DNA from: Methanobacteriota archaeon
GTDB taxonomy: Archaea; Methanobacteriota; Methanobacteria; Methanobacteriales; Methanobacteriaceae
Assembly (NCBI GenBank): GCA_963787255.1
Contig: CAWBCJ010000029.1
Coordinates: forward strand, 224,001-288,000
DNA length: 64,000 nucleotides
Reading direction: 5' to 3'
Within the stretch, counting starts at the first letter, position 1; the number at the start of each line of letters is the position of its first letter. Position numbers and translations under genes: made by a program. The notes beneath the pieces are model-generated. The model did no database searches and was not told where the DNA came from. It saw only the letters and a list, made by a program, of their open reading frames with translations. This document shows positions 45,773-57,930 of this stretch, piece after piece.

Positions 45773-46552
45773 TTATTCAAGTTCACGCTTGAATTCGCCT
45801 TCTCCGCCTTCTTTTAAAACGGCGTCGATGCATGTTTGAGCAGCATCCTTTAAGATATCTTCTGCTGTTAGGTAATCCGACGATGTGACTATTAATCTGT
45901 ATCTTGGAGCACCTACACACTGGACTGTAACTTCTTCATCCTCTACAGCGCCAAGTGCACTTTTAATTACTTCAACACCGTTTGGTGCGTATGAATGCAG
46001 ACTAATGTATCCTGTTATTTGAACTTCAGGAGGAGATATGTTCTTTTTAGCTATGTCAGTTATAGTTTCTGCCCATTCTCCATCGATTCCTCTGCTTATT
46101 AGCGCTTCTTCGCCTTCTTCTGCAGCTGTTTCAAATGCTTCGTAAAGATCACCGAATTCATTTATGATTTTATACCCTATTTCTTCATATGCAGTATCAA
46201 GGTCTTTTTCTATTGTTTTTGCAGCTATTTCAAGCAATTTTTCTGCTTTTTGCTCGATTTTCCACTGTTGAATCTTTCTTGTTCTTTGATCTTCCCTGAT
46301 TCTTTTCATTGAAACGTCGACATGACCTTTCTTTGGGTTTACCCTTAGAACTCTCGCTACGATCTTTTGATTTTCACGGACGTAATCCCTGATGTTTTTT
46401 ACCCATCCTGATGATACTTCGGAAATGTGAATAAATGCTTCCTTTCCTTCATATTCTTCAAGAGAGGCAAATGCACCGTAGCCTACAACTTTATGCACTG
46501 TCCCTACTACCAGATCGCCTTCATCTGGCCATTCTCTTTTCATTCTTACCAT
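45773..46552 (-). CDS. eif2a: Translation initiation factor aIF2 alpha
   Basis: S1 domain [10 protein letters not shown]...[17 protein letters not shown]; GAPRYR. Confidence 0.97.
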   Translation of the reverse strand: MVRMKREWPDEGDLVVGTVHKVVGYGAFASLEEYEGKEAFIHISEVSSGWVKNIRDYVRENQKIVARVLRVNPKKGHVDVSMKRIREDQRTRKIQQWKIEQKAEKLLEIAAKTIEKDLDTAYEEIGYKIINEFGDLYEAFETAAEEGEEALISRGIDGEWAETITDIAKKNISPPEVQITGYISLHSYAPNGVEVIKSALGAVEDEEVTVQCVGAPRYRLIVTSSDYLTAEDILKDAAQTCIDAVLKEGGEGEFKRELE

Positions 46553-46589
46553 TAAAACACCTGATTTTTAGATTAGTCCTTAACTCTAT

Positions 46590-46775
46590 TTAATCAAGGA
46601 CTTCAACAATCTGAGCTACTATTTCAGATTTGCCGCCTTTTGGTTTTACCAGTGTTTTTCCACATATAATACACTGGACATTGGATGCTGCGTGATCAAA
46701 TACTGTTTGTTGATTTCCACAGTCTAAACATTTTACTTTTAAGAAATTACTTCTATGATTTCCCATCATTACCAT
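46590..46775 (-). CDS. rps27e: 30S ribosomal protein S27e
   Basis: [17 protein letters not shown]...VQCIICG..L..PKGGK. Confidence 0.96.
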   Translation of the reverse strand: MVMMGNHRSNFLKVKCLDCGNQQTVFDHAASNVQCIICGKTLVKPKGGKSEIVAQIVEVLD

Positions 46776-46784
46776 TAATACCAC

Positions 46785-47063
46785 CTAACTTACAAATTCT
46801 ACTTTTCCTGCTCTAAATGAGGAACGCTTTATGTGTGCTTTTCCACATTCTTTACATTTGTACCTTAAATCCAGTTTTTTAACTGGTTTGTTCCCTGATG
46901 GAAGCGGTCTAGGATAACCTCTGTATCCGCTGGTGACACGCCTGAACTGACGCTGACCCCATTTTAGCTCGCTTGCCTTTCTTCTTTTTGATTCAAATAC
47001 TTCGTGATTGGTATGTTTTTTACAACTTGGACAGTAAGTTCTTCTTTCTTTTGGAATTTTCAT
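46785..47063 (-). CDS. rpl44e: 50S ribosomal protein L44e
   Basis: [18 protein letters not shown]...[14 protein letters not shown]. Confidence 0.97.
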   Translation of the reverse strand: MKIPKERRTYCPSCKKHTNHEVFESKRRKASELKWGQRQFRRVTSGYRGYPRPLPSGNKPVKKLDLRYKCKECGKAHIKRSSFRAGKVEFVS

Positions 47064-47447
47064 TATAATCACCTCATTATAAAAATGAATAAAATTCACT
47101 ACTAAAATTATTGAGATTAAACTTCAAAAAAGTTTAATAAATATAGACATTATTTATTTTTGATAGTTTATTTATATGTTTGGATAAAGATTTCGGATTG
47201 ATCCCATCAAAGATTATGAAATGATGATTGTATCTACTTAAAGTTAAAATTAACATTTTTACACTCATCTCTATGATTTAGTGTATTAAGTCTCCAAACT
47301 ATATTGCACTTTTGAATAAATTAGAATGCTGTTTGAGTGTTAATTTTTAATTCAAAGCGCTTGTACATAGATTTACTAAATGATAATGATATTTTACTAA
47401 ATTCAAGCCTTTAATGTATATATTAATAAATGATATAAATGTGTAGA

Positions 47448-48290
47448 TTACCTATAATCTATTTTTTCATGTTTTTGTATGAATCGACCTTTATTATTTT
47501 TTATAATTATCTGTGCGTTTGCTTCAGGCATTGCAACAATATCTTGAGGTTCAAGAGGACCGTAAATTTCTCTATCGACACCAATAATAGCTGGAAGTTC
47601 TTCTAATATTATTAATGTTTTAATTGGATTCTTATTATCCACTGGTGGCTTTGATATTTCATTTTCGAATGTTTCAGGAGTGCTTTCTGGCTCTTCTATC
47701 TCTGGAATCTCGTATGCTTGATAACTCTCTATATCCTGTTCTATTCCTAGAGGGGCTTTTTTCTTTCCATTTTTCTTAAATTTGGGTTTATTGATTGATT
47801 CTCCTGATTTTTGTATTTTTGTTTCAAGCTTTGAAGAGGATGATTCAGATTTTTCAACTTTAAAATCGTTTAAAGGGTTATGCATCTCTTTTCTGTACTT
47901 TGAAAATGATTTAGTAATTGAATAATACAAATTTTCCTCTTCAGGAGTCATATTTTGAGGGGGGAGCGCAGGTGAATCCAATCTGTTTTTAGAAGAATTT
48001 TCATGGAATAATTCTTGGGATTTCTGTATGTTAAGGAGTGCGCTGTTAATTATCTTATGCTCACGCCTTTCACATATTTCTGCTGCAATTCTACGAGCGT
48101 CGCGATGAAGATAAGAATAAAAAGATAGAGGATTATCGCCTACCTCTTTTATAAGCTTATTTAGATAACTATGAACGTCGTTGTAGAAATTATCTCCAAC
48201 ATTAGCTAATCCACTTATGCTTCGCTCTTTTTTTTGGATTTCCCTTAATTTCTGGAAAAACTCATCCAACATTAATTCCTCACTTTTCAA
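47448..48290 (-). CDS. GINS complex subunit with long charged linker
   Basis: LREIQKKER...FY...ICERREHKII; C-terminal B domain LPAIIGVD..YGP...DIV.MP..NA; adjacent to PCNA. Confidence 0.85.
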   Translation of the reverse strand: MKSEELMLDEFFQKLREIQKKERSISGLANVGDNFYNDVHSYLNKLIKEVGDNPLSFYSYLHRDARRIAAEICERREHKIINSALLNIQKSQELFHENSSKNRLDSPALPPQNMTPEEENLYYSITKSFSKYRKEMHNPLNDFKVEKSESSSSKLETKIQKSGESINKPKFKKNGKKKAPLGIEQDIESYQAYEIPEIEEPESTPETFENEISKPPVDNKNPIKTLIILEELPAIIGVDREIYGPLEPQDIVAMPEANAQIIIKNNKGRFIQKHEKIDYR

Positions 48291-48338
48291 ATTAACCTAA
48301 TTAAATCAGTTTATTTTCCATTAAATCAAATTTTGTGC

Positions 48339-49073
48339 CTATTCTTCACTTTCTATACGTGGTGCTAAAAGGAAACTGAGTTCTCCTTCATCTGAAACCA
48401 TTTTAAGTGAAAGGTTAAGTGGCATGTCGTTTCCAAGCTTTAAAAGTATGGTATCGGAGAATTTATCCGCCTTTAGCATTTCCTTAATCTTTTCAAGTGA
48501 AAAAATGGACTTTGCGTTTATATCTATTTTTTCCCCGTGGAGATACTCTATTTTTGCATCTCCAAATTCGCCTTCAGCCTCTGCAATGAATTTATCTGCA
48601 TCTACAGTGAGTACAATCTTATCTGAGACTATTTCAATGTCCTGTATTGAATTTTTAAGGAGAATGAATGGAACTTCAAATTCAGTTGGATATTCAAGAT
48701 CTGGTGGGCTTGGTGCTTCATATTCTATATCTATTAGCCTTATTTTGAACCTACGGCGGGCTTCACCTTCAAATATAACAATAAGATTTCCTTCATCAAC
48801 TGAAAGTTCAACAATATCATCGCTTTTTGCCCTTTTTAGCACTTTCATGAGTTCTTCAGTGTCAACATTAATTTTTAAAGGTTCATCAATTGTAAATTCG
48901 TCAAATAACCCTGGTTTAAGTTCAAGATGGACAAATGTGATGTGTGATCTATCCAATGCATCCAATCTCAGCCCTTCACTGTCTGCCTGCATCTGCACTT
49001 CATCCACTATGGAAGAGATAGCATCGAAACTTGTTTTTAAGATGTTCGAATCGCTTAGTACTGCTTTAAACAT
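48339..49073 (-). CDS. pcn: DNA sliding clamp PCNA
   Basis: AISSIVDE...[10 protein letters not shown]...DMPL...FLLAPRIE. Confidence 0.98.
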   Translation of the reverse strand: MFKAVLSDSNILKTSFDAISSIVDEVQMQADSEGLRLDALDRSHITFVHLELKPGLFDEFTIDEPLKINVDTEELMKVLKRAKSDDIVELSVDEGNLIVIFEGEARRRFKIRLIDIEYEAPSPPDLEYPTEFEVPFILLKNSIQDIEIVSDKIVLTVDADKFIAEAEGEFGDAKIEYLHGEKIDINAKSIFSLEKIKEMLKADKFSDTILLKLGNDMPLNLSLKMVSDEGELSFLLAPRIESEE

Positions 49074-49112
49074 TTTCATCCTCCCTACATTAAGACTTTC
49101 TTATTTATCCTT

Positions 49113-49643
49113 TTATCTATTATTTCTATTTATATTATCCTTTTTTATATTATTTTTAGAGGAATCAGAAGACGTTTTACCATAGGATTCAATATCACTA
49201 TCTATTCCTTTAAAAAATGATTTACCCAGAAATTTATAGGCAAAACTGCACGCTATTAAAAGTACGCCAATTAAAATTAAAAATACTGAAAATACTTCCT
49301 TTTCTCCAAATACCACATTGTCTGCCACCCTATCTGCAGACCCCATTGTCATTAATATACCAAAAAATATAAATAAAATACCTATGGAAATACCTATTCC
49401 CATCAAAATTTTGCTTTTTCCAGATTTGATTTCTTTTATCCTTTCTGGACCTAAAAGATCGCTCAGCATTGGGAATGTATGATGATCATGTTCTTCCCCG
49501 GATTTAGAATCTTTTGCATCACTCTCCTCACTATGCTCAGATAGCTTTGCAAAATCGATCTTTTCAAGGAAACCTGATGCCTTTGATTTAATCGATTTTT
49601 CCTTATTTTCCTTAGGATTTTTCGTGTCCGAATCTTCTTTCAT
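49113..49643 (-). CDS. Hypothetical two-TM membrane protein
   Basis: Charged N-terminus, two hydrophobic helices flanking RVADNVVFGE. Confidence 0.75.
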   Translation of the reverse strand: MKEDSDTKNPKENKEKSIKSKASGFLEKIDFAKLSEHSEESDAKDSKSGEEHDHHTFPMLSDLLGPERIKEIKSGKSKILMGIGISIGILFIFFGILMTMGSADRVADNVVFGEKEVFSVFLILIGVLLIACSFAYKFLGKSFFKGIDSDIESYGKTSSDSSKNNIKKDNINRNNR

Positions 49644-49676
49644 ATGATATCCCCCTTAAAAAAAGATTTAAATGAT

Positions 49677-49991
49677 TTAATCGTATTCACGCCATGTTTG
49701 CCCGCATTTTGTGCATCTTAAAAATCTTGTTTCAGATTCATCTGCCCTTCTTGTCTGTTGGAGCCACCAGAATGCCTCCTTATTACCACATTTTGGACAT
49801 ATTGCACGTGTGGTTGGTAATGTTTTTACATCATCCCCTTTAACGATTACATTCTCCTTTGCATCAACCTTTTCAGAAACCTCATACTTACTCTTTTCTT
49901 CCTTGGTTATATCCTTCTTGTATCCACATTTACATTCAAAGCAGTTATTTTTTGGAAACATTACTGTTCCACAATCTGGACAAAATTCCAT
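49677..49991 (-). CDS. tfs: Transcription factor S
   Basis: MEFCPDCG; CPKCGN...[23 protein letters not shown]. Confidence 0.97.
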   Translation of the reverse strand: MEFCPDCGTVMFPKNNCFECKCGYKKDITKEEKSKYEVSEKVDAKENVIVKGDDVKTLPTTRAICPKCGNKEAFWWLQQTRRADESETRFLRCTKCGQTWREYD

Positions 49992-50188
49992 TTTAGTCCT
50001 CCATAAGTTTGATAAAATTATACAAATCACTTTTTGGTTAAAATATAATAGTTATTTATTTTAAAAAATAGGTTTTTAATACTTATATATTTTTTCAGAA
50101 TTTAAATTTTGCAATACTATCTTTTAAAATGTTTAAAATGTCAAATTAGCATCCTTAAAATTTTTTAAATAATATTTATGGACTCATT

Positions 50189-50659
50189 TTATTCAATTAT
50201 TTTAAAGGCATCTTTAATGATTAAGTCATGGTCAAATGCGAGTTTTAACTTTATAGTTTCGCTTTTTGGAATGCATGTAACATCAGAAGCATCGGTATCT
50301 GCTTTTAATTTTCCACCGGTTTTTTGAGCAAGATAGCATATTGTAACTGTATGTCCTCTTGGATCTCTTTCCGGGTCTGAATATACTCCCACAATCCCGC
50401 ACAAGTCAATTTCAAGCCCTGTTTCTTCTTTAACTTCTCTTAAGATAGCAGATTCTACCGTTTCGCCATATTCAACAAATCCACCAGGTAATGCCCATGA
50501 ATCTTTATAGGGATCCTTTTTCCGTTTAATTAAAACTATAGAACTATCTTTACAGATTATTACTGCATCCACAGTTAATGAAGGCTTTTTATACAATTTA
50601 AATTCCCCATGAATAATAATTAGCTTATGCACTTCCTCTGGACTCTCCAGTTTCGACAC
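50189..50659 (-). CDS. NUDIX hydrolase
   Basis: [12 protein letters not shown]...REVKEETG Nudix box; RDPRGH; true start is probably the TTG near 50596. Confidence 0.93.
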   Translation of the reverse strand: MSKLESPEEVHKLIIIHGEFKLYKKPSLTVDAVIICKDSSIVLIKRKKDPYKDSWALPGGFVEYGETVESAILREVKEETGLEIDLCGIVGVYSDPERDPRGHTVTICYLAQKTGGKLKADTDASDVTCIPKSETIKLKLAFDHDLIIKDAFKIIE

Positions 50660-51221
50660 CGGCAGCTATTAAGTGTGCAACCCTTATTGGCTCAGGTATA
50701 GCACTCCTTGTAGTTGAAAGTGCTACGATTTCCTTTGCATCCTCTAAATCGATTCCCCTTATTTGAATATAGATTGGTTCCTTATTTTCAATTTTAAAAA
50801 CTGTTCCAGCAGCTAATATGAAGTTCCATCGTTTTTCGTGGTCTTCAAATCTCATCAGTGCCTTTTTTATTCTTTCAAAGTTTGGAAACTTCCTCATTAT
50901 AACAATTACAGGTATTTCTGTTTTATCAAAAATTTCCTTTATATTGGCAAGGTTAAAACCACCAAAGGTAATCCCATCAAGCATTATAACTCCGATCTGG
51001 CCTTTATGCCTGGTTTTGTTTACCATCTGGATGATTTTTTCGGTTGAATCTTCTCCATCGCCAGTAATATGCGTCCTTAAAACCCCATCAAGCCATGTTC
51101 CCCCTCTAAAAACAGTGCCAATTAACATCACTTTATTTTTGGTGTGGGGAGGAAATGGTGCATCGTCAATTCCTAAAATTCTTATTTCCGGCTTGATTTT
51201 GCGGAATCTTTTGTTGTTCAT
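50625..51221 (-). CDS. DUF99 family (endonuclease V-like) protein
   Basis: [28 protein letters not shown]. Confidence 0.9.
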   Translation of the reverse strand: MNNKRFRKIKPEIRILGIDDAPFPPHTKNKVMLIGTVFRGGTWLDGVLRTHITGDGEDSTEKIIQMVNKTRHKGQIGVIMLDGITFGGFNLANIKEIFDKTEIPVIVIMRKFPNFERIKKALMRFEDHEKRWNFILAAGTVFKIENKEPIYIQIRGIDLEDAKEIVALSTTRSAIPEPIRVAHLIAAGVETGESRGSA

Positions 51222-51259
51222 CTTAATAATGGATAGAATAAAAAAAATAATATGTGGTT

Positions 51260-51523
51260 TTACTTCTTAGAAGCTTCTATTATGCCCTTAAACTCGTCGC
51301 ATTGTTTTTTTATTGTTTCTGCTGCTTTTTTAAGGGATTTTTTAGGGTTTTTAGCTTTAATGTAGAGTACTGGTTCTCCTACAATAGGATGATCAATGTT
51401 GTATGCTGCAGATTGTACGTCTTTATCTTCCATTAAAGTTCTCCTGAGTGCATTACACAATGTATGGGTTTCCCCTGTAATTTCTATTTCCAGTTCATTT
51501 TTTGTATCTTTTATAACCTTCAT
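51260..51523 (-). CDS. rpoL: RNA polymerase subunit L (Rpo11)
   Basis: [11 protein letters not shown]...AAYNIDHP. Confidence 0.96.
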   Translation of the reverse strand: MKVIKDTKNELEIEITGETHTLCNALRRTLMEDKDVQSAAYNIDHPIVGEPVLYIKAKNPKKSLKKAAETIKKQCDEFKGIIEASKK

Positions 51524-51524
51524 C

Positions 51525-52094
51525 TTATCCCTCATAATGTGCGGAGAGTTTTCTTCTCTCTCTTTTCTCGCAATTTTCGCAGTAAACTTCATTTTTATCT
51601 GTTATTACCATAAAATGTCTGCATCTTGTGCACATGGCCTTTAAAACTCCAAGTTCCTCTTCTGCAGTTGTTAGATCAACATTGTCAAGACCGAAAATCT
51701 TGGTAACTTTTGCTTCAACTAAATCCCCTATTCTAAATGCTTCAGTTAATTTAGAAAGGTATCCTTTCTGTGCTTGGGAGATATGAATTCCTCCCATGAA
51801 AGATGTCACTAGATTCCTGTCATTCTCTTTAATTTTATCTATTTTTACAGAAGCTCTCTGGCCTCTTACGTCCGAAACTTCCCCTACTACCACTTTACCA
51901 ACTTCTAAGGATGGGGGAGTGCTTGTTTTCGGAACTATTGATATCTCCTTATTTTTATCGTCGATGGATACGGTTCCAACTACGAGTGATTTGATTTTTC
52001 CTTCCTCTTCATATGTCCATTCTGATGGAACAAACTCTTCAGTGACTCCTAAAATGTCACCCGGTAAAACAAAATCTCCAGATTTGGCTTTCAT
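51525..52094 (-). CDS. csl4: Exosome RNA-binding protein Csl4
   Basis: FVLPGD.LG..EEF, S1 domain, CTRC...CENC...ERRKLS. Confidence 0.95.
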   Translation of the reverse strand: MKAKSGDFVLPGDILGVTEEFVPSEWTYEEEGKIKSLVVGTVSIDDKNKEISIVPKTSTPPSLEVGKVVVGEVSDVRGQRASVKIDKIKENDRNLVTSFMGGIHISQAQKGYLSKLTEAFRIGDLVEAKVTKIFGLDNVDLTTAEEELGVLKAMCTRCRHFMVITDKNEVYCENCEKRERRKLSAHYEG

Positions 52095-52326
52095 TAATTC
52101 ACCTCAATTTAAAACAAGAAAAAACTATATCAAATGCTTAATTTTTCCATTATTTTATTTTTTTTTATAAATCTCATTTAAAAATATATGATTTAATTAT
52201 TATTGTCTAATTATTAAAAGTTTTATTTATAATATATGTTCCATTTTAATCTATTATAATCTTTTCATTTTCTAATACTATCCATTTTTTTAAGGGTTAA
52301 AATCGACTTTGCGTATATTAAAAGTT

Positions 52327-53319
52327 TTAAATGTGTTCAATTTCATCTATTTTATAGTCTTCCCATTTTCTAATGTCCAGAACTATTTCAAGTTCTTTAG
52401 GAGTTAAAAGGGGCTTTTTATACATATTTGCATCATCTATTGCCACTCTTGGACATGCAGTTACAACAAAAGCATCTAAATTCATATAGGGAAGTAAAAG
52501 ATCAGGGGAAATGTTATCCATCATTATTATAAACGCTTCCTTTCCTTCTTTATTTATTATATTTTTTAAACTTTTAGCCAGATGAAGTCTGAACTGACCC
52601 TTTTTAGATGATACTATAATTCCAAATTTTTCTGCTTCCTTTGCCCTTGTTATCTTTGCAAACCTTATTCTAAGTATTCTATCAGCAAATTCATCTATAT
52701 TTCTTACTTCGTTCATGTAGGGGTCTGCAATAAAAACAGGTTTTTCTGTGAAAAGTTTGATTCCAAGAGCGTGGAAATTTCCGCTTCCAACGTATAAAAA
52801 AGCTTCAGCATCAATATCTTTAATTGCTGAGAAGTTGCAGCCTAAAACTTGGCCTTCTCTCGTTCCCGCGCCTTCTTTTGTTAACACTTGCTTATCATTT
52901 TCAACTAAAAGTTCTTTAATATCCTTCAGAACATTTAAATGTTGGATTGTGGTTACAAGGCCAATTTTTTGGTAATTTTTAAGTTCTTTAAGGCTTTCCT
53001 CAACTGCGTTCAATACATCTATTTTAGAATAAGCTTCAATAAAAAGAACAGGGACTTTGTAGTCAATTGGAAATTCCACATGTCCAAAATGAATAATTAA
53101 ATCAACAAGACCTTCCATGTGTATATCTGAAACGTCACATGCACCATAACAAGGATCTCCAGAAATTAAAACAATTGCATCTGTTTCATTTTCTATTTTT
53201 TCTGCTACCGTGGTTGCATGAATTTTTAGGCCTTCAGGAAACTGGATTCCAACAACCTTTGCATTCGTTTCTTTTATTTTTTCCAGGACTTCAGGGAGTC
53301 TAAATTCGTAATATAACAT
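52327..53319 (-). CDS. dph2: Diphthamide biosynthesis protein Dph2
   Basis: QFPEGLK, CYGACD, GQVLGC, TACPR. Confidence 0.95.
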   Translation of the reverse strand: MLYYEFRLPEVLEKIKETNAKVVGIQFPEGLKIHATTVAEKIENETDAIVLISGDPCYGACDVSDIHMEGLVDLIIHFGHVEFPIDYKVPVLFIEAYSKIDVLNAVEESLKELKNYQKIGLVTTIQHLNVLKDIKELLVENDKQVLTKEGAGTREGQVLGCNFSAIKDIDAEAFLYVGSGNFHALGIKLFTEKPVFIADPYMNEVRNIDEFADRILRIRFAKITRAKEAEKFGIIVSSKKGQFRLHLAKSLKNIINKEGKEAFIIMMDNISPDLLLPYMNLDAFVVTACPRVAIDDANMYKKPLLTPKELEIVLDIRKWEDYKIDEIEHI

Positions 53320-53348
53320 TATAATCCTCAAACTCAGTTTAATTTTAT

Positions 53349-53915
53349 TTAAATGGCACTATCTTCAATTATAACTTTTCCTTCTTTTACGTTCACTTTT
53401 ACGAGAGTTTTGACTTCATAACCTGTTTCAGTTTTAACCCGCTCTTTTCCATCTCCCTTTTCAACAACGGCAACAACATCTGCAATTTGAACCCCAAAGC
53501 TTTTTAAAGCGTTTAAAACTGCTATCATGGTCCCTCCTGTACTTATGACATCATCTACCACCAGGATTTTATCTCTTTTTCTAATTCCGTTAATATACAA
53601 TTCGCATTCGCTGTAACCGGTTACTTGATGAACGGCAATTTCTTCATCTAATTCATAACAGCGTTTTCTAACCACCACGAATGGTATATTCGTTTCAAGG
53701 GAAAGTGCTGTTGCAATATGGATTCCCATAGCCTCCATGCACACAATTTTATCAACATTTAAGTTTGCAATTTTTGTAATTGCCCCTGCAACTTCTCTTA
53801 AAAGATCAGGCTCAACAAGCATTATTCCATCAGTAATTGGATGTATAAAATAATTATATTCGCCTTTTTTTACTATAGGTGATTCTTCAAGTGTTTTTTT
53901 AAGTATTTCCAGCAT
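53349..53915 (-). CDS. hpt: Purine phosphoribosyltransferase (archaeal Hpt)
   Basis: [29 protein letters not shown] loop. Confidence 0.9.
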   Translation of the reverse strand: MLEILKKTLEESPIVKKGEYNYFIHPITDGIMLVEPDLLREVAGAITKIANLNVDKIVCMEAMGIHIATALSLETNIPFVVVRKRCYELDEEIAVHQVTGYSECELYINGIRKRDKILVVDDVISTGGTMIAVLNALKSFGVQIADVVAVVEKGDGKERVKTETGYEVKTLVKVNVKEGKVIIEDSAI

Positions 53916-54107
53916 TTTACCACCAAATATTCAAAATACATTTAAATTTTTAATTTTATAAGTAAGAAAGCTGAAATGAATTTATAAATTCATCTTCAGA
54001 ACTATTTTTTTTCATCATGATAACAAAGATATTTTTATAACATAAGGTATATTTAATAATATCAAAATTTCATTCTAATTTTTATAAAATTATTGAGAGG
54101 CAGGATC

Positions 54108-55439
54108 ATGTTAGGTAATCTTGGAAAAAACTTAACAACAACAATGAAAAAATTGGCAGGAATGCCCATAATCGATGAAGAAGTTGTAAAAGAAGTTGTA
54201 AAAGACATACAACGGGCATTAATTCAATCCGACGTTAACATCAAACTTGTATTAAAATTATCAAAAACAATAGAGGAAAGGGCGCTTAAAGAAGAGCCGC
54301 CTAAAGGAATTACACCAAGAGAATATATAATTACCATAGTTTACGAGGAACTGGTAAATCTCATTGGTTCAAAGGCAGAAGAAATTGAAATAGATGCCAA
54401 ACCTTATAAAATAATGTTTGTAGGGCTTCAAGGAAGCGGTAAAACAACCACTATCGGGAAACTTGCAAAATACCTCCAGAAAAAAGGATTCAATCCTGCT
54501 GTTGTAAGCACCGACACATGGAGGCCTGCAGCATTCGAACAACTGCGCCAGCTAACCGAGAACATGAATGTTCCCCTCTACGGTGACCCTGAAAATAAAG
54601 ATGCTCTAGATCTTGCAAGAAAAGGTCTTAAAGAATTTAAAAAGCAGGACATCATAATTGTGGATACTGCCGGACGTCACAAGGAAGAAAAAGAACTTCT
54701 TGATGAAATGGAACAGTTATCAAGTATTGTAGAGCCAAATGAGGTTATGCTTGTTATTGACGGAACTATAGGTCAGCAGGCACGTGACCAGGCTTTTGCA
54801 TTCAATCAAACTACAAATGTAGGTTCAATTGTTATAACAAAGCTTGATGGTTCTGCAAAGGGTGGTGGAGCACTATCAGCAGTTTCAGAAATCGGCGCAC
54901 CAATAAAATTCATTGGAACAGGGGAAAGAATTGATGATTTCGAGGCATTTGACCCTGAACGTTTCATATCAAGACTTCTTGGAATGGGAGACATTAAAAC
55001 GCTCATTGAAAAAGCAGAAGAGATTGCAGAAGAAGATGTGGACATGGACACCATGGATGCCATGTTAAGCGGGAAATTCACCCTTAAAGACATGTATTCC
55101 CAATTTGAAATGATGAATAAAATGGGCCCAATGCAATCAGTAATGAACATGATTCCTGGAATGGGTGGAAAACTACCAAAAAACGCTTCCCAAATGACAG
55201 AAGAGAAGTTAACCAAATATAAAATCATGATGGATTCCATGACAGAGCACGAACTTACACATCCAGAAGTTATTAAGCAGTCCCGTGTTAAAAGGATTTC
55301 AAAAGGCTCAGGAATGCGTAATGAAGATGTTAAAGAGCTTCTTAAGTATTATAATACAACTAAAAAAGCTATGAAAGGATTTGGAAAGCGTAAAATGAGC
55401 GGGCCCTTAGGTCAGATGATGCGGCAGATGATGCGCTAA
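54108..55439 (+). CDS. srp54: Signal recognition particle protein SRP54
   Basis: [27 protein letters not shown], Met-rich M domain. Confidence 0.98.
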   Translation: MLGNLGKNLTTTMKKLAGMPIIDEEVVKEVVKDIQRALIQSDVNIKLVLKLSKTIEERALKEEPPKGITPREYIITIVYEELVNLIGSKAEEIEIDAKPYKIMFVGLQGSGKTTTIGKLAKYLQKKGFNPAVVSTDTWRPAAFEQLRQLTENMNVPLYGDPENKDALDLARKGLKEFKKQDIIIVDTAGRHKEEKELLDEMEQLSSIVEPNEVMLVIDGTIGQQARDQAFAFNQTTNVGSIVITKLDGSAKGGGALSAVSEIGAPIKFIGTGERIDDFEAFDPERFISRLLGMGDIKTLIEKAEEIAEEDVDMDTMDAMLSGKFTLKDMYSQFEMMNKMGPMQSVMNMIPGMGGKLPKNASQMTEEKLTKYKIMMDSMTEHELTHPEVIKQSRVKRISKGSGMRNEDVKELLKYYNTTKKAMKGFGKRKMSGPLGQMMRQMMR

Positions 55440-55538
55440 AATCAAATTATATTTTCACTATTTTGAATTAAATAGAATTAATACTAAAATTTTTCAATTA
55501 ATCAGTTAAAAAATTAGTTTTATATTTTTAATCATAGG

Positions 55539-56774
55539 ATGATTATAATGGATACACAAATTACTGAAAAAGCAATCAAAATCATGGAAATGTCAGGATG
55601 GAACTTATGTAACCACTGTCTGGGCAGGAATTTCTATAAAACTGTAGAAGGATTAGATAATAGGCATAGGGGAGAAATTATAAGGGAAATTCTAAATAAA
55701 GAAAACGATGATGTGTTAAATACTGATTCATGCTATATTTGTGGTGGTATCTTTGATAAAATGCAAAACAACATTATAGATAAGATAACAGGGAAAATAA
55801 ATGAAGAATGCATTGAATTTTCAACATTTCTTGTAGGATCCCGTGTTTCAGCCGAAATTCTAAAAAAAGAAGAAGAAATTCGTGAAAACATGGAATTAGA
55901 CGTTGAAAACGTTAAAAAAGAGATAAACAGAGAAATTGGAAAAAAGCTGTATTCTATGCTTGAAAAAGAAGTTGATTTTGACAGTCCAAACATCGTGATA
56001 ATGACAGACTTTGTAAAAGATAATATAGAGATTCAAATAAATCCACTTTTTATAGAAGGGCGTTATAGGAAGCTTATTAGGGGAATTCCACAAACTAAAT
56101 GGCCATGCAGGAAATGTAGAGGTAAGGGCTGTTCTAGTTGTAATTATACTGGAAAACAATATACCGAAACAGTTGAAGAGTTAATTTCGCCTGAAGCGGT
56201 TAAATTAGCAAGAGGAAATGGATCAAAATTCCACGGTGCCGGTAGGGAAGACATCGACGTTAAAATGCTTGGTAATGGAAGACCTTTTGTCCTTGAAATT
56301 AAAGAACCTCACATAAGAACTATTGATTTAGAACTTCTAACTGAAAAAATTAACGAATTTACAGAAGGAAAAGTTGAAGTTCTTGATTTGAAATTTGTGG
56401 GAAGGGAAAGGAAGGGTGAGATAAAATGCTCATCTACAGATACATATAAAGTATATAAAGCATTAGTAGAAGTTGAAAGTGATATTAAAGAGGAAAAGTT
56501 AGATTTATTACAATCTTTGAATATAATAGAACAGCGCACACCAATAAGGGTTTCTCACAGACGTGCTGATAAAATAAGAACACGAGAAGTTAGAAAAATA
56601 AGCGCTGAATGGATGGATTCAAGGAAATTTGAAATTATAATTGAATGTGAGGGTGGATTGTACATTAAAGAGCTTATTTCAGGCGATGAAGGTCGATCAA
56701 AACCCAGCGTCTCCGAAATATTAGGAACTCCCGCACTTTGCACCCAGCTTGATGTGATGGAAGTGAATATTTAA
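55539..56774 (+). CDS. pus10: tRNA pseudouridine 54/55 synthase Pus10
   Basis: GRYRKLIRGIPQTKW, FHGAGREDIDV, QRTP.RV.HRR, GGLYIKEL. Confidence 0.95.
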   Translation: MIIMDTQITEKAIKIMEMSGWNLCNHCLGRNFYKTVEGLDNRHRGEIIREILNKENDDVLNTDSCYICGGIFDKMQNNIIDKITGKINEECIEFSTFLVGSRVSAEILKKEEEIRENMELDVENVKKEINREIGKKLYSMLEKEVDFDSPNIVIMTDFVKDNIEIQINPLFIEGRYRKLIRGIPQTKWPCRKCRGKGCSSCNYTGKQYTETVEELISPEAVKLARGNGSKFHGAGREDIDVKMLGNGRPFVLEIKEPHIRTIDLELLTEKINEFTEGKVEVLDLKFVGRERKGEIKCSSTDTYKVYKALVEVESDIKEEKLDLLQSLNIIEQRTPIRVSHRRADKIRTREVRKISAEWMDSRKFEIIIECEGGLYIKELISGDEGRSKPSVSEILGTPALCTQLDVMEVNI

Positions 56775-57110
56775 TAAATTTTCAATAATTATAATTATAA
56801 TCATGCTCGTAAGTTTAATATTTAAAAGTGAACTGACAATATATTCATAAGGTTTAAATTATAATAAAGTTTAAAATAGAAAGGTTTAGTATAAACAATG
56901 TTTTAGTATAGTTAACGATATATTAATACTAAATACGACTTATGATTCAAAGAGAGACTTAATTTCTATTAACGAATTTTCTCATACTATCTTTTGAATC
57001 ATTTTCTAGATGAATTAATGAGGTATTAATACCTGAAAAAGTATTTTAAATTCAAATATTGACATTGAGTCATTTTAATAACCATAAGGTTGAATTATGG
57101 AGGTTTAATA

Positions 57111-57404
57111 ATGGTAAGAAGATCTAGAGGTTCTAGAAGTAAGACACGGTATAAACTTAAAAAGAGTTTAAGAGTAAGTAGAGCAAATCCAATTTCTAAA
57201 AAAATACAGACTTTTGATGAAAGTGATCTAGTCCACATTATAATTGATCCCAGCGTGCAGAAAGGTCAGCCACATCCTCGTTTCCATGGTAAAACAGGTA
57301 AAGTAACAGAAAAGCGGGGAAGAGCTTACATAGTAGATATTAATGATGGTAACAAGGCTAAAAAATTAATTATCAGACCCGAACATCTTAAAATTCAAGA
57401 GTGA
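57111..57404 (+). CDS. rpl21e: 50S ribosomal protein L21e
   Basis: [24 protein letters not shown]. Confidence 0.97.
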   Translation: MVRRSRGSRSKTRYKLKKSLRVSRANPISKKIQTFDESDLVHIIIDPSVQKGQPHPRFHGKTGKVTEKRGRAYIVDINDGNKAKKLIIRPEHLKIQE

Positions 57405-57409
57405 TGACG

Positions 57410-57739
57410 ATGATTGGGAAAAAAGTTGTTGATACTGACCCTATCACCATTGCAGAAGTAAAAGTAATGCTTGAAGAGCTTTCTGAAAGCCACGAACTTA
57501 CATACGAGCAGAATCTTGCTTTAGACCATGTAACAAAATTTTCAAAGATTGATGAAGAGTCTGCAAACAAATTGGTTGAAGAACTTGCAGAAACACTCAA
57601 AAAAACTCAAGCTATCAAGATAGCTGATATCATGCCTGAAGATATGGCTGATTTAAGGCTGATATTTGCTAAAGAAAGGGGCACATACAAACAAGAAGAT
57701 TTGGAGAAGATATTGGAAATAGTGGATAAGTACAGATAA
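57410..57739 (+). CDS. rpoF: RNA polymerase subunit F (Rpo4)
   Basis: ELTYEQNLALDHV.KFSK, KIADIMPED. Confidence 0.95.
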   Translation: MIGKKVVDTDPITIAEVKVMLEELSESHELTYEQNLALDHVTKFSKIDEESANKLVEELAETLKKTQAIKIADIMPEDMADLRLIFAKERGTYKQEDLEKILEIVDKYR

Positions 57740-57840
57740 AACTAAGGATATTTAAGGGATTAAACCCATAAATAAACTTAAATATTAAATCAGGATTAAT
57801 GATTATTAATCCACGCAAAATTAAAATATTAAAATAAAAA

Positions 57841-57907
57841 TTGAAAATCCCTCAAAAACTTCGTTTTTTGTGAGCTTTGATTTTCAAACTTGAAACAAAG
57901 TTTCAAG
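57841..57907. repeat. Compound hairpin element (REP-like)
   Basis: TTGAAAATC...GATTTTCAA outer stem around AAAAAC-TTC-GTTTTT, then CTTGAAAC-AAA-GTTTCAAG. Confidence 0.65.
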
Positions 57908-57930
57908 AATAACATCACAGATGTGATTAA

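Noticed and set aside
48424-49185. 253-aa plus-strand ORF
   Set aside because: Antisense shadow of PCNA; S/I/F-rich composition typical of a reverse frame, with no motifs
53950-54020. Possible C/D box sRNA on the minus strand (ATGATGA...CTGA)
   Set aside because: No terminal D box and the guide region is poly-A; better explained as the promoter palindrome
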